Of a DNA stretch of 64,000 nucleotides, positions 49,484 through 64,000 are shown piece after piece. Under the pieces are notes generated by a model. It worked only from the letters and a program-made list of their open reading frames with translations, did not search any database and was not told the DNA's origin. The DNA is taken from assembly GCF_009914755.1 (NCBI RefSeq), contig NC_060931.1; one strand, given 5' to 3'. Position numbers and translations under genes: made by a program. Positions within the stretch are counted from its first letter, which is position 1; each line of letters opens with the position of its first letter. This DNA is from the human T2T-CHM13v2.0 reference genome, Homo sapiens.

Positions 49484-49552
49484 TGTTATGTTACGTTATG
49501 TTATGTTATGTTATGTTATGTTATGTTATGTTATGTTATGTTATGTTATGTT
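49484..49552. repeat. (TGTTA)n pentanucleotide, about 13-14 units
   Basis: Direct reading. Confidence 0.95.
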
Positions 49553-49567
49553 GTTACTTAAATGTAT

Positions 49568-49883
49568 ATTTTATTTTATTTTATTTTATTTATTTATTTA
49601 TTTGAGATGGAGTTTCGCTCTTGTCACCCAGGCTGGAGTGCAATGGCACGATCTCACTGCAACCTCCGCCTCCTGGGTTCAAGTGATTCTCCTGCCTCAG
49701 CCTCCTGAGTAGCTGGGATTACAGGCGCCCGCCACCACGCCCAGCTAATTTTTATATTTTTAGTAGAGATGGGGTTTCACCATGTTGGACCAGGCTGGTG
49801 TCGAACACCTTACCTCAAGTGATCCACCTGCCTTGGCCTCCCAAAGTGCTGGGATTACAGGTGTGAGCCCACTGCGCCCAGCC
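49568..49883 (-). mobile_element. AluS with (TTTTA)/(TTTA) tail
   Basis: TSD taaatgtatatttta on both sides. Confidence 0.93.
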
Positions 49884-50157
49884 TAAATGTATATTTTAAA
49901 TATATTTTCCCTTACTCTAAGACTGTGCTTTTTAGGACTCCTAACTCGATTATCTTCTTTATCCTCCTATTGTATTAAGAGGTTCAACCTGTGGTCTGTG
50001 AATTTGCCTGTGTATCTTACTTATATGAAAACTTTATGTTAAAACACAAATACTATTAGGAGTTTCAAAATTATAATCTCAGTGGTATGACTAACAGAGA
50101 CTACTGAATGAAATTTAAGTATTTGTCCTTAAAATGTGTTATACCATGGAAGTGTAA

Positions 50158-50672
<515 letters not shown>

Positions 50673-51097
50673 TCATTTTACATTTTAAAAAATTGGTGGA
50701 GGATTTTAAACTAATTCTTGAGGATATAACTCATTTACACGATCTCAAAGTCAAAACTATTTAAAAAGTGACATTCACAGAAGTTTCTGTTCATTTGTCT
50801 CCTTACCCTGTTGCCTGTCTGCCACATAGATAACCATATTTATTAGACTTTTGGTTTTTCCTTTTTCTTTTTCTTTCTGGCAACATAAACAGCTCTGCGT
50901 ATATGTGTACTTCCTCTTTCTTCCACGGAAGGTGGCATATTGCGCCTTGCTGTCTTCCGGTGACAGCACATCCTGAATACCCCTGGGCATCATGTGTGCA
51001 CTTGTCCTTTCTTCTCACACCTGCACAGGTCTGCCCGGTGTGCATGAGCTGGGGTTTGTTTATGTAGCTAGTCCTCTGCTGACACGCATTGGGATGT

Positions 51098-51655
51098 GTA
51101 TTAGTATTATATCACTGCCATAACAAATCACCAAAAACTGAGTGGCTGATACAACATACATGTGTCATCTTCTAGTTCTGCAGGTCAGAAGTCCAGCATG
51201 GGTCTCACCAGAGCCATGTTTCTTCCGGAAGCTCTGGGGATGAGTCAGCTTCCAGGGTCATTCGGGTTGCGGCAGAATTCAGTCCTTGCAGTTGTAGGAC
51301 TGAGGTCCCCATACTGTGCTGTCAGCCATGGTCATTCCCAGCTCCTGGAGGTCACCACGGTCTGTGGCTCGGGATCCCCTTCCTTCATCTTCAGAGCAGC
51401 CGGGGCAGGTCAAGTCCTCTCAGACTCTGGCTCTTTCCTCCTCCTTCCTTCTCATCTCTCTGGCCCACTCTTCAGCCTCCCACTTCCACTTTTAAGGACT
51501 CCTGATTACCTTGTATTCACCTGGATAACCTCCCTGATGTAAGGTTCTTACCCTTAATCACATCTGCAGAGCCTCTCCTGCCACATAAGGCAGCGTACTC
51601 ATGGGTTCCAGGAATTAGGGTATGGGCATCTCCAGGGGGCCTCATTCAGCCTCAA
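51098..51655 (-). mobile_element. MLT1D/E-like MaLR LTR
   Basis: tgtattagt...tgccataacaaatcacc...ggtcagaagtccagcatgggtctcac...ccttaatcacatctgca...ttccaggaattagg. Confidence 0.8.
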
Positions 51656-52285
51656 GCTAGTTTTCAGCCTTTTGCATAGTCATTTTGTATTTTTGCCACT
51701 GTATCTTTGGGGGAGATTCCCAGGCATGGGTTGGCTGGATCACAAGGCAAATGCACATGTAAACTTCCCAGACATTGCCAAATCCCTCTTCTGCAGATGG
51801 TAACATGTTGCATTCCCAGCAGCAACATGTATATATTTTTTGCCATGCAAAAAAAAAAAAAAAATTGAAGTCTAATTTATGACTCCTTTCTTGCATGCCT
51901 CTGGTTTTTGAATCATAGGCAGAAAGGTTTTCCCCACTTTCAGGTTCTAAAGGAACCCAACCAATTTTCTGGTTTCATTTTTACATTTAGAACTCCATCC
52001 ATTTGGAACTGGTTCTTGTATATGGAGTGAGGTATGAATCCATTTTCATCATTTTGCAAATAGCTACGTAATTGCCTCAGTGCCATTTATTAAAATGACC
52101 ATTTTTTTTCCTGATTTGTAACATTAAATTCTCATACGCACTTTGGTCTATTTCTGAACTTTTCATTCTGTTCTATTAGCCTGGTTATTCATGCACTAAT
52201 TCCACATTGTTTACTTAGAGAGGCTTTAAACTATGCTTTAATATCTGGTGAGGCCTGCTTCCCCATAACCAATGTGTGTGCACAG

Positions 52286-52317
<32 letters not shown>

Positions 52318-53694
52318 GCATTGCTTGACTTTCTTAGGATTTTCCCGGCCACTCTTGTGGACATCTGATGGTGTTGAATCTTTCTGTTCAGGATCATGCT
52401 ACCTCTTTTCACTTGTTTAAATCTACTTTTCTCAGCTGTTTTCTCTTGGAGAAGCACTGGGCTCTCTAATCCTGCCTTCACCTGCTCTCAAAAAGGCAGG
52501 AAAATGAGGGGCGATCAATATACCTCAAAAGCTGTAATGTGAAGAATACGGGCTTTGAGTCAGACAGACCTGGTTCCCCCCTTTTTTAGCACCCCTGTTT
52601 CCCAGCTCTGTAGACGTGCTTCTTAACTTCTTTGTGAGCCTGAATTTCCATCTGGAGAATGGGGTCAGTAGTACCATCTGCAAGGTTGTCATGAGGATTA
52701 ACTCACGTATGGCTATTTTAAATGATATTTTCTGCCTGTGTTGTTTGCATAGGGGAACACAATTGATTTTTAAATATTTTTGTTTCTTTAATAAATTCTT
52801 CTGTGTTCTAAGTGCTTTCACAACTATGAACACGTTTAATTCTCATAATGGCTCTCTGGTGGCTGTTATAACCCCGTGTCACAGATGAGACATCAAGGTG
52901 TTGGATTACCTGCCGAGGTCACACAGCCAAGCCATGAAGCCGGATTGGAGCCTGCAAACCTCGGAAGTCTGTGGCTGCTCAGCCTGGTGTATTGGTGTTA
53001 CAGCCAGAAACTTTGGGAATTCTCTTGTTAGTTGGTTAGTTTTACTGTAATTTTCTATAAAGAATTCATATCATCTGTTAATGGCGACAGTTTTTGTTTC
53101 TTCCTTTGAATTTTTTATATTCTTTCTTTCTCTTTTTTGTTTCTTCTTCTTTGAGTATTTTGTAATCTTACTGGGAGGGCTAAAGCGTCTTCTATCATAT
53201 CGAATTGGGACAATGATAGAAGACAATCTTTGTTTTGTCACTCTAAAGAAATTATTGTAAGATTTTATCATCAGGTATGACATTTACACCATTGATGTAG
53301 GCTTTTTAAAAAATATATCCAGCCTGTATTGGGTTAAGATGATTCTTTTCTGATCCTGATTTCCTAGGAGTTGGTTTTTTTTTTTTAAAGCATAAATAAA
53401 TTTAATTGCATCAGACTATTTTCTCATCTATTGAGCTGCTCATTTGGTTTTTCTGATTTCATCTGTTGGTAAGGTGGTTCACACTGCCCTTCTGTTTCAC
53501 TATTCCGGAGCTCCTGAGACAGAAGCAATTTGGTCTTGATGTTTGTTTTGTTTGGGGTTGAGATTGTTGTATCCATGTTCATAAGTGAACTTGGCCTTTT
53601 CTGGTTGTAGATTTGGCCTGGGTTTTAAGATCGATAGTGTATTTTCTCACCAGTTTTCATAAACACAGTTTGGATTGAGCTTGTGTTCCTTAGC

Positions 53695-54074
53695 CCTCAG
53701 GCAGAGGACTCTCGTGGGCATCTGCACAATGAGGTCACTCAGGCGGAGGTGAGACCCTTGTGGGCATCTGCACAATGAGGCCCCTCAGAGGGAGGTGAGA
53801 CCCTCCCTCAGGTGGAGGTGAGACCCTTGTGGGCATCTGCACAATGAGGCCCCTCAGATGGAGGTGAGACTCTCCCTCAGGTGGAGGTGAGACCCTCCCT
53901 CAGGCGGAGGTAAGACCCTCTCTCAGGCGGAGGTGAGACCCTCCCTCAGGCGGAGGTGAGACCCTCCTTCAGGTGGAGGTGCGACCCTCGTGGGCATCTG
54001 CAGGATGAGGTCTCTCAGGTGGAGGTGAGACCCTCCCTCAAGTGGAGGTGAGACCCTCATGGGCATCTGCACAG
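53695..54074. repeat. Composite minisatellite of 23-bp (A) and 46-bp (B) units
   Basis: A = GACCCTCCCTCAGGYGGAGGTGA; B = GACCCTYGTGGGCATCTGCACAATGAGGCCCCTCAGRNGGAGGTGA; order B B A B A A A A A B A b. Confidence 0.93.
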
Positions 54075-54519
54075 GGTGCTCAGTGCCTCCCAATCCTGCC
54101 ACACGTTGTGGGTGTGGAGGCGCCCAGACCCCGACTCAGTTCATCAGAACCCCTGGGGCAGAGGCTGCAGCACTCTTCCATTTGTGAGGCTTGGAAATGA
54201 CAGATCTGCATCTCCGCTGAGGGTCCCGCCTCAGGGGGCCTCTGTGCTGGGCCTTGGAGGCAAGATGTGCTCAGGCAGCCTGTCCCGGGCTGCTATTCTC
54301 CAGCAGTTCAGAGGTTTTAGTGCTCCAGGGAAGAATGAACGGGGCAAGCTTCCTGCCTTCCCCATCGTGGGCTTGCCCCTTCCCCAGGCCTGTGTTGGTT
54401 GCACACCTCCCTGGGCTGTCTCTGAGTGTCCAGGGCAGGGAAGCTCCGTCACGTGGAGCCCACGTGTGGGTGACTCCCTGGGGCTGCCTGACTCCTGGGC
54501 CAGCTCACAGCCTGCAGCC

Positions 54520-56100
54520 AGTGGTTAAACATTTCATGTGGAATTTCCAATTCCCTTGAAGGGTAATCTTTCCCTTTGATTTCAAAAGTGTTTTAGAAAC
54601 TATAGACAAGCCTTAAGAATCCTACAGAGAATTCCCCTCCACCCAAAGGCCTCATCCATGATTTGCCCAGTTTTCCCCAAAAGCCCTCGGTAACAAAAGG
54701 CTCCACTCCAGGACATGGGCTGCACCCAGTGGTCTCCTGTGATCTCAGTTATTTCTTGACTTCTGTGACCTTGACAATTTTGAAGACTACAGGCCGGTTA
54801 TTTCCCTGATTCCCCTCAATTTGGATTTATCCCAGTGTCTTTAGGAGTCGTCCTAGGTGACGCATTTTTGGCCAGAATGTGGGGGAAGTGATGCTGGGCA
54901 CCTCCTGCTACACCTTGTTGGGTTTGACTTGGCCTTGGCATGTCCCGTTGTTAGTCCAGTTATTTTGCTAACTTGACTGAGATTTCTCCCCTCTAAAATG
55001 ACCGCCACTTCTGCACCACCCACTTTACAATTAATCAGTATTTTGTGAGAAGATACTTTGAGATTCTTTAAAAACCTCATTTCTCTTTCCAGTCTCATCC
55101 ACCAGTTTGTCATCCATTAATATTTCTTGCTGGAATTAATTAGGGCAATGAGGGCACCAGTGATTTTTTAAAAATTCAATCATTTCTTCTACATTTATCC
55201 ATTGGCCTATTCCTGAAAGCAAAAGCTTTCTCCTCATTTATTTTTCCATTAATTATCATCAGTGTGGACTCATGACTTTTTATTTTGGGTAACAGATTTT
55301 AACCCATTGCTATCATTGCTAATTTTGATGCTCAAACTTCCCTCCATTTGGCGATTTGGGGGTGGCGGGGAGCCCATCCAGCTGGCTTCTGTATTCTTTT
55401 GATGTCTCCATCATTCTTTGAGCACTTCCTTATCTTCTGGCACAAGATGTTCCCAACTCATCTTGTTCTTTCTCTCTTCTTTCCCAGCCATTTCTCCAGG
55501 GAACCTTGGGTTAGTGCAGTGGAGAGTGGGATTTAGAAACCAAGATCCAGGCAGTAGTGTGCTCATTGCTACTGGGGCATCACTGCTCCCAGCTAGGAAA
55601 TGTACATATATCTATAGCTAGGTCAGTTTCTATATCTAGCCACACATACTGAAAAGCATTATTTCACACTATCACCTCCAAATACAATGCAAAACCCTCA
55701 GTTTATGTGAGCTTCCCTTTTCTACATCTATCCGAGCCCTTCTCTGGCTCCCAGTATGCTCAGTATATTTATTTTTTTGCTGAATTCCACTCTATGTGGC
55801 CAGTCTTATGATCAAAGTGGGCTGCTGCCCTGCTTGGACACCATTCTGCTTGGATGCCTTCTTTGCCCAGATCCTGACCCCTGACTGGACTCTTTCACTG
55901 CTGCCCTTAAAATTTTTGCATATAAACTGAAGTTATCAAAGTCTAACATGACTGCACTATCTTCTTTCCAGGACTTAAGTACAGGACTTAAAAATTCCTG
56001 AAGTCCAGTCAAGTCATACTTGTTATATGTCCAGCACATCAACTCTGCCTCACTTTTCTATATCTACAAAGGCAATGATCCTTACTGGGGCATTCTGTCT
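54520..56100 (-). mobile_element. L1MC/ME-like 3' relic
   Basis: gaccttgacaattttgaagactacaggccggttattt...cttatcttctggcacaagatgttcc...tttagaaaccaagatc. Confidence 0.65.
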
Positions 56101-56138
56101 CACAGTGAGTGCTGGCTTAGATTTCTCCACATTTGCCA

Positions 56139-56139
<1 letters not shown>

Positions 56140-56170
<31 letters not shown>

Positions 56171-56460
56171 TTTTTGTTTGAGACAGAGTCTCACTCTGTC
56201 ACCCAGGCTGGAGTGCAGCATCAGGATCTGGGCTCACTGCAACCTCCACCTCCCAGGTTCAAATGATTCTCATGCCTCAGCTTCCTGAGTAACTGGGATG
56301 ATAGGCACGTACCACCACACCTGGCTAATTTTTGTATTTTTGGTAGAGATGGGGTTTTACCATGTTGGCCAGGCTGGTCTCAAACTCCTGACCTCAGGTG
56401 ATCCACCCACCTCAGCCTCCAAAGTGCTAGGATTACAGGCGTGAGCCACTGCACCCTGCC
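56140..56460 (-). mobile_element. AluS
   Basis: Reverse Alu with long T tail. Confidence 0.92.
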
Positions 56461-58440
56461 AACAGCAAGGTATGCTTTTAACAATGATGAATGAGCAGGC
56501 ATCTCTTTAAACACCTTCTGAGGGTGTTTCACTGGCAGGCCAGTGTAGATAAGAGCTGCTGTTCAGCCTTCTACAGACTCAAGCAGAATATACTCCAACC
56601 CTCTACATCACCAGCCAACACCTTTACAGCTCCGTCCAGGGAAAGAACAGTTCTGCAGCCCCCTCTTCTCATTCTTAATGCCGGAATTCTGGCCACACGT
56701 TCTTCTGGGGAACTCCACACTGCTTCTCTCCACGTGCCACCTTCCTGGCCTTCATCACATTCCATGGATCATCTCTGACTCATCCCCCAGGAAAGACATC
56801 GTGACAAGCAGCGAGCAGAACAAAACCGTCGGGCGTGTAGACACAAGCAGCACAGGCTTTGGGATCACAGCGACAGGGCCCGGAATCCCAGCTCCATCAC
56901 TTTCTAGCTGTGAGGCTTTAGGGAAGTCTTTTAGGTCATGTTCTTTAGCCATAAAGCCCTAATAACAGTGCCTGTCTCACGGGTGATTGAGAGAACTAGA
57001 ACATGGTGTTACATTGACTTCTGCTTTCTGTCAAGCTTGAGCAACTTTACGAATGCATCTCCTCTGAGAAACCTGCCAGCCCCTGAGGCTGTCTGTGGCT
57101 CTGTCCCAGCCTCCCTCTGTGCTCGCCTACCCCCTGTCCCGTGGTCCTCCCAGGACGCCTGGTTCTCATTCCCCAGCCACTTCTCTGAGAATGTCCCATG
57201 GGCTCCCTGGTCCAGGCAGGCTCCAGAGGCACCCATGAAGCCCAGCTGTCCTAAACTCCAGGCAGCGGGGCCCTTGAGGCTGTGACTAGTATAGATGAGG
57301 CCTCTGGGGCCTCCTATACCTCACCCCCTTTGAATGGGATGCAAGACAAACCCAGGCCTTCTCTGCTGTAGGGAGACTCCAGGGCTGCCTCTCACAGCCT
57401 CTCACCCGGGAAGCGGTTGTTGACTCCTAGTCTGTGCCTGGCCCTGGGCTAGAATTTGGGGAGGAGAAAGACTCCGGAGCACATGGTCTAGATACAAAGT
57501 CATTAATCACATAGAAGCCAGGGAGGTGATGTCAGAGAGGTCTGCTGGGGCGCCGGGAGGACACTGAGGAAGGAACAATAGAACCCATCAGTTGGGTGTG
57601 GAGGGCCCAGGAAGGTCCTAACAGCCAAGCCCCGTCTCGAGGCTCTGTGAACGTGAGCCCAGGCGGAGAGCAGCAGAGCAGGGCAGGGACGAAAGCTCCC
57701 ACCACAACACTCTCTGCCAGAAGAGTGTTCACGTTTCTTCCCTTTCATCTACTTTTCAATTGTATCTTCTTTGCAGAAAAGTTTCCTTTAGATGCTAACC
57801 ATTTTTAAAAGTGCACCAAGAAGGTTTTATTACTTAGAGTTACCTTCAGTGAATTATGGAATGAAGGATCCTAATCATTGGAGGAACCCATTGAAAGGCC
57901 CTATAATAAGTTGATGCTCAGATGTGGGTTGCCAAAAAAAAAAGCAGCAGCTTTTATAGGTATTTCTGGCTCAGTAATGCTTTGCTTAATTAGTAACCTT
58001 TGACTGTAGAGTGAGCAAAACATCTCTTTGAGCATTTTTATGGTGCACCATAAAAGGGAGAATGCAAATGTTATATGTTTTCATTTGCCACTCCTGTTTG
58101 TCTGCTCAGTTACCTCTGTAAACCCCTGCCATTCGCAGCCATTTGCTGTGCTCTAATAGCCAAAATAACGTCTAGTCTTCTCAAAAGCCTGCCCTGAGCA
58201 GAGTTTTCCATAATGAAGATGCTAGTGGTAACACTTTAGGTACAGCTAAAACTGTTTTCATTCTGAAAATGGAAAGCAAAAAAAAAAAAAAAAAAAAAAA
58301 AAGTCCCACTTAGTGCTTATTTGTGCATAATAGTAGCCATTTTCTTAGAAGAAACTGTTTTAGAAAGTGTTATGGGCTAATAAAGCACAAGTCTGTTTAG
58401 TGCTGGTCTCTCTGTAACTAAAGAGTAGTGGAGATGGAGC

Positions 58441-58625
58441 AGCCGGGCGCCCAGGCGTCCCCAGGACGCTTAGAGACGCCGAGGCTGCCGGCGGCGTCGA
58501 CAGCGACAGCGTTTGGAATGACGCATGCCTCGGTGAAGTCGGGGGCGTGAAGCAACACTGTCTCTCTCCTAAGCACACGCTGTGCCGAGGGACCGGATCC
58601 TGGGCTGATGGATGGGAGGCCACGG
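58441..58625. promoter_or_regulatory. Small CpG-dense patch, candidate intronic regulatory element
   Basis: About 16 CpG in 58441-58550 in non-repeat sequence; function inferred only. Confidence 0.4.
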
Positions 58626-58816
58626 GCTGTGTTTCATTTTGCTGTTTGCTGAGGCACTCACCTGCGAGGACACCTTGCAGGATGTATGGGGCTTTCTGTT
58701 TCTCTAGCACGTCCTTGGTCCAAAGCCTCTTGCGATACACCTCTCCCAGAGGTGAATCCTGGGGAAAATGTCGTCTCAGCAGATGAGTGTATCTGCTTTC
58801 CCTAGTCAGAAGTTGA

Positions 58817-59286
<470 letters not shown>

Positions 59287-59474
59287 TGACATTCGCTGTG
59301 GTCCAGTGCTGTGCTAGGCACAGGGGCCTCTGAGGAAAGTACAAGGAGAACCTGCCTTCAGTGAGTAGGAAAGAGAGACTCAGGAAAGAAGCAAGATACC
59401 AAGACCTCATGGCAGGTGGCCATGCCTCAGAGGGAGAAGCAAAGGACCGGGACCTCAGAGGAGGTTTCCTTTAT

Positions 59475-60816
<1,342 letters not shown>

Positions 60817-63284
60817 TTATGAGGATCTTCCTTGGAAAATAGGCAGTGTGGACATGTGGGTAGAAACCTGTCCTGAAATGTAGCTGTAAAGCGTCCACTT
60901 TCCTGTGCATGTCTTCTCTGTGATTTGCTTTCCTCTCTTCAAAAGTCCACAGTGTTTATAAGCACATCAGGCAATGTCAAGGCTTAGAAATCCCAGAGTC
61001 TCCTGGAATAAGACACTCAGATCCCCTCACTCTACCTTTACTGCTGCCAGCATTCCGTCTGGAACCAGGCCTGGCTGTGGCAGGGCAGAGCCAGCTCTGG
61101 GACCTGCATGGATTTGTGTGGCCACAGGCAAGGCCAGGGGAAGGTGAAGTTATTACCTGGTAAAACCAGCAGAAGAGAGGAACTTTAGGCACCTTAGCAA
61201 CGAGCCACCCTCCCGGCAATGGTTGTTAGGGGTGTGGGGGATGGTCACTGAGAGCTGGCTGGTTGGCAGAGGATGGAGAACAGAGGCTAGGGGCCAACTA
61301 TACCGGGATGGGTCGTGGGACCTCTGTAAGCCTCAGTTTCTTCATCATAAAATTCAGAGACCAGAAGTTCATTTAACGCTTTAGCATGGGACTAGCACAT
61401 ATTAGACATTTAATAAATGGAAGTTCCTAATAATAAAAATAATGAAGTTAAGGCAAGTGTTTAGCATCCAAGAAGGCTGCTTGAGACACTGTGACCTTCA
61501 GAGGAAAGACCTCCTTCCCCAGAGGGAGGCCTGTGGAGTGTGCAGGGCCCTGTCCTAGAAAATACCTGGGAAACCAAGCAGAGGCCAGCAGGGCAGGTTC
61601 AGGCAAGATGAGCGCCACATAGGAGCTGAGATTCAGGGGCCGGGGACACTGAAACCCCCACGGGGGTCGCTGTGGTCAGAGAACCCAGGTCTGCGAAGTC
61701 CCCAGTGACTGTAAGGATCTGTAGCCCAGGAAGAGGCAGCCTGGGCTCAAACACCCACAGTGGCAGTGGAGAGTCAGGCTGGAGCTACTCACAGTGCACT
61801 CGAGCAGAATCACAAACTCGCACAGCTTGAAAATGGCAAATGCAGCAGTCCCCAGCTCTTTTTCCCGGTAGAAACTGACTTTAGGAACAGCAAGGAGGCT
61901 TCTCACCCAGCACACTGGTTCCCAGGCTTCACCCAGCTGGGCAGAGGGTCAGGAGCAGCCCATCTCTGCAGAGGCATTGGCCTGTTCCTGCCCCACCCCA
62001 CCTCGCAGCAAACAAAGATGGCAAGACGGCCTGGGCCGACTCTGGGTGAGGGGCTCACCTGGGTCAGGAAGCAGACAGCTCCTGTACGGCCAGGGGCTCT
62101 CAGGTTGCTGTGTTTGGTACAGTAACGTCCTGTATTTATTTTTTATGTGGTTACCATCTTTGTCCTCCCAGGAACACAAGCTCAGTGAGAGCAGGGACTT
62201 TGTCTGAGCAGTGCCGCATCTCCCCTTGGCACCCAGAACAGGGCCTGCTGCATAGAAGGAAGGCGTCATGCCAGGAAGCGCCTGTGAGCAGGTGGACAGG
62301 GCATCGCACACATGCCATCCGGGACAGACATAGCCCCAGACAGATATATTGGGCCGCCCAAGGCCCAATAAAGTTTCCAACCTTGATTGACTTCACTGTC
62401 CACCTGGCCACCTGTTACCTCTGTAGGGAGAAATTCTAGTGTGCCCGTCTCCTGCAGGTTCATAAGCCAAATGCTTTTATCTCATCACTTCAAGATCTGG
62501 GGCTGGGGATTTCTCATCACTACTTCTGTCTCCTCCTTCCCTCCTTATGGAAGGACGTGAGACCTGTCTGTGGCCCTTTGGATAAGTATCTGTCAGCATT
62601 TCGGTCATAATAAACCCTGACTGTAGTTGAATTTCTTTTTCATAATAGGAGGAACAAGAGTGACATTATCTCTGAATAGTCATTCGCACATGCACAGGAG
62701 AGCTGTCATTGGCCCTAATGACTCCTTCCATAATCCCACGGTCATCTGGTAAATTTGCCGAAACGGGCCTCATTTTTTGTTCTGGTGTAATGTCTCTGCC
62801 TAAGCGTTTAGGTGCTGGGGAGACAGGTGACAATGACATACATACTCAGAAATCTCAGAATGTTTCTTGGTTGCTCGACTGTCCATAATAACACCCTCAC
62901 AGTGGCTTTTCTCTCTTATTTCTCAACCAGCATACAAAATCTATATGAGATGAATGGTGGAAAAGGGGCCTTTTTGTTCATTCATCTGTCAGATCCGTTG
63001 AGGTCCTATTATGGGACCTTTAAAACTACCACAGGAGAGGAAAATACTGCCGCATACGTGACAACTCAAGTGGGACCAAAGGAAGTGTTTTACCACAAAT
63101 GTCATTTTCGAAAAATAGAGGTCAACGTATATATAAATCACAACCGTCAAACCAAATTAAATTTTATGAGACTCATATTTCCCCGTTCTTTCCGAGGACC
63201 ATTCCCTGCTCCGATTCCTTCATCCTAATTCTCTTGTTGGATTTTTTTAGATTTGCCTGTGTGTTTCATTTTTCCAGCCATTAG

Positions 63285-63803
<519 letters not shown>

Positions 63804-64000
63804 TAAATTTTGGTACACATGAGAGTCGTGAGAATTGTTGTAATGATCTATGGCCAGGGGAGTATGTGAAAGCAAATGAGTGAGCAGGGTCAGCCAGGAA
63901 GGCTCTGCAGAGGAGGTGAGACTCAGGTTGGACCTTGAAGGGGACACAGTCTTTCGATGGGAGGGAAGACATTCCAGGCACAGAGAAGAGAGGAATGAAA

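Overview
Human/primate genomic DNA, an intragenic segment of SDK1 (Sidekick-1, Ig/FN3 adhesion molecule) on the + strand. Five coding exons (13712-13827, 16002-16194, 32202-32300, 41362-41553, 43827-43948) have canonical AG/GT ends and splice in frame into two complete fibronectin type III domains plus the start of a third. The 99-bp exon is missing from the ORF track. The rest is intron, dominated by transposons: about 24 Alus (mostly antisense), a near full-length sense L1MA-type element with a nested AluY and a nested twin-primed L1PA, several solo LTRs with target-site duplications, and an inverted pair of hAT/Charlie transposase relics. There are also four distinctive minisatellites. Almost all ORFs in the track are repeat-derived or chance. 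I found no convincing novel gene system, CRISPR array or RNA gene. The most interesting signals are the inverted Charlie pair, VNTRs that are arrays of 5' splice-site or ETS motifs, the twin-primed L1, and a small CpG-dense patch. Repeat subfamily names come from recalled consensus sequences, and repeat boundaries are approximate unless a TSD is quoted.
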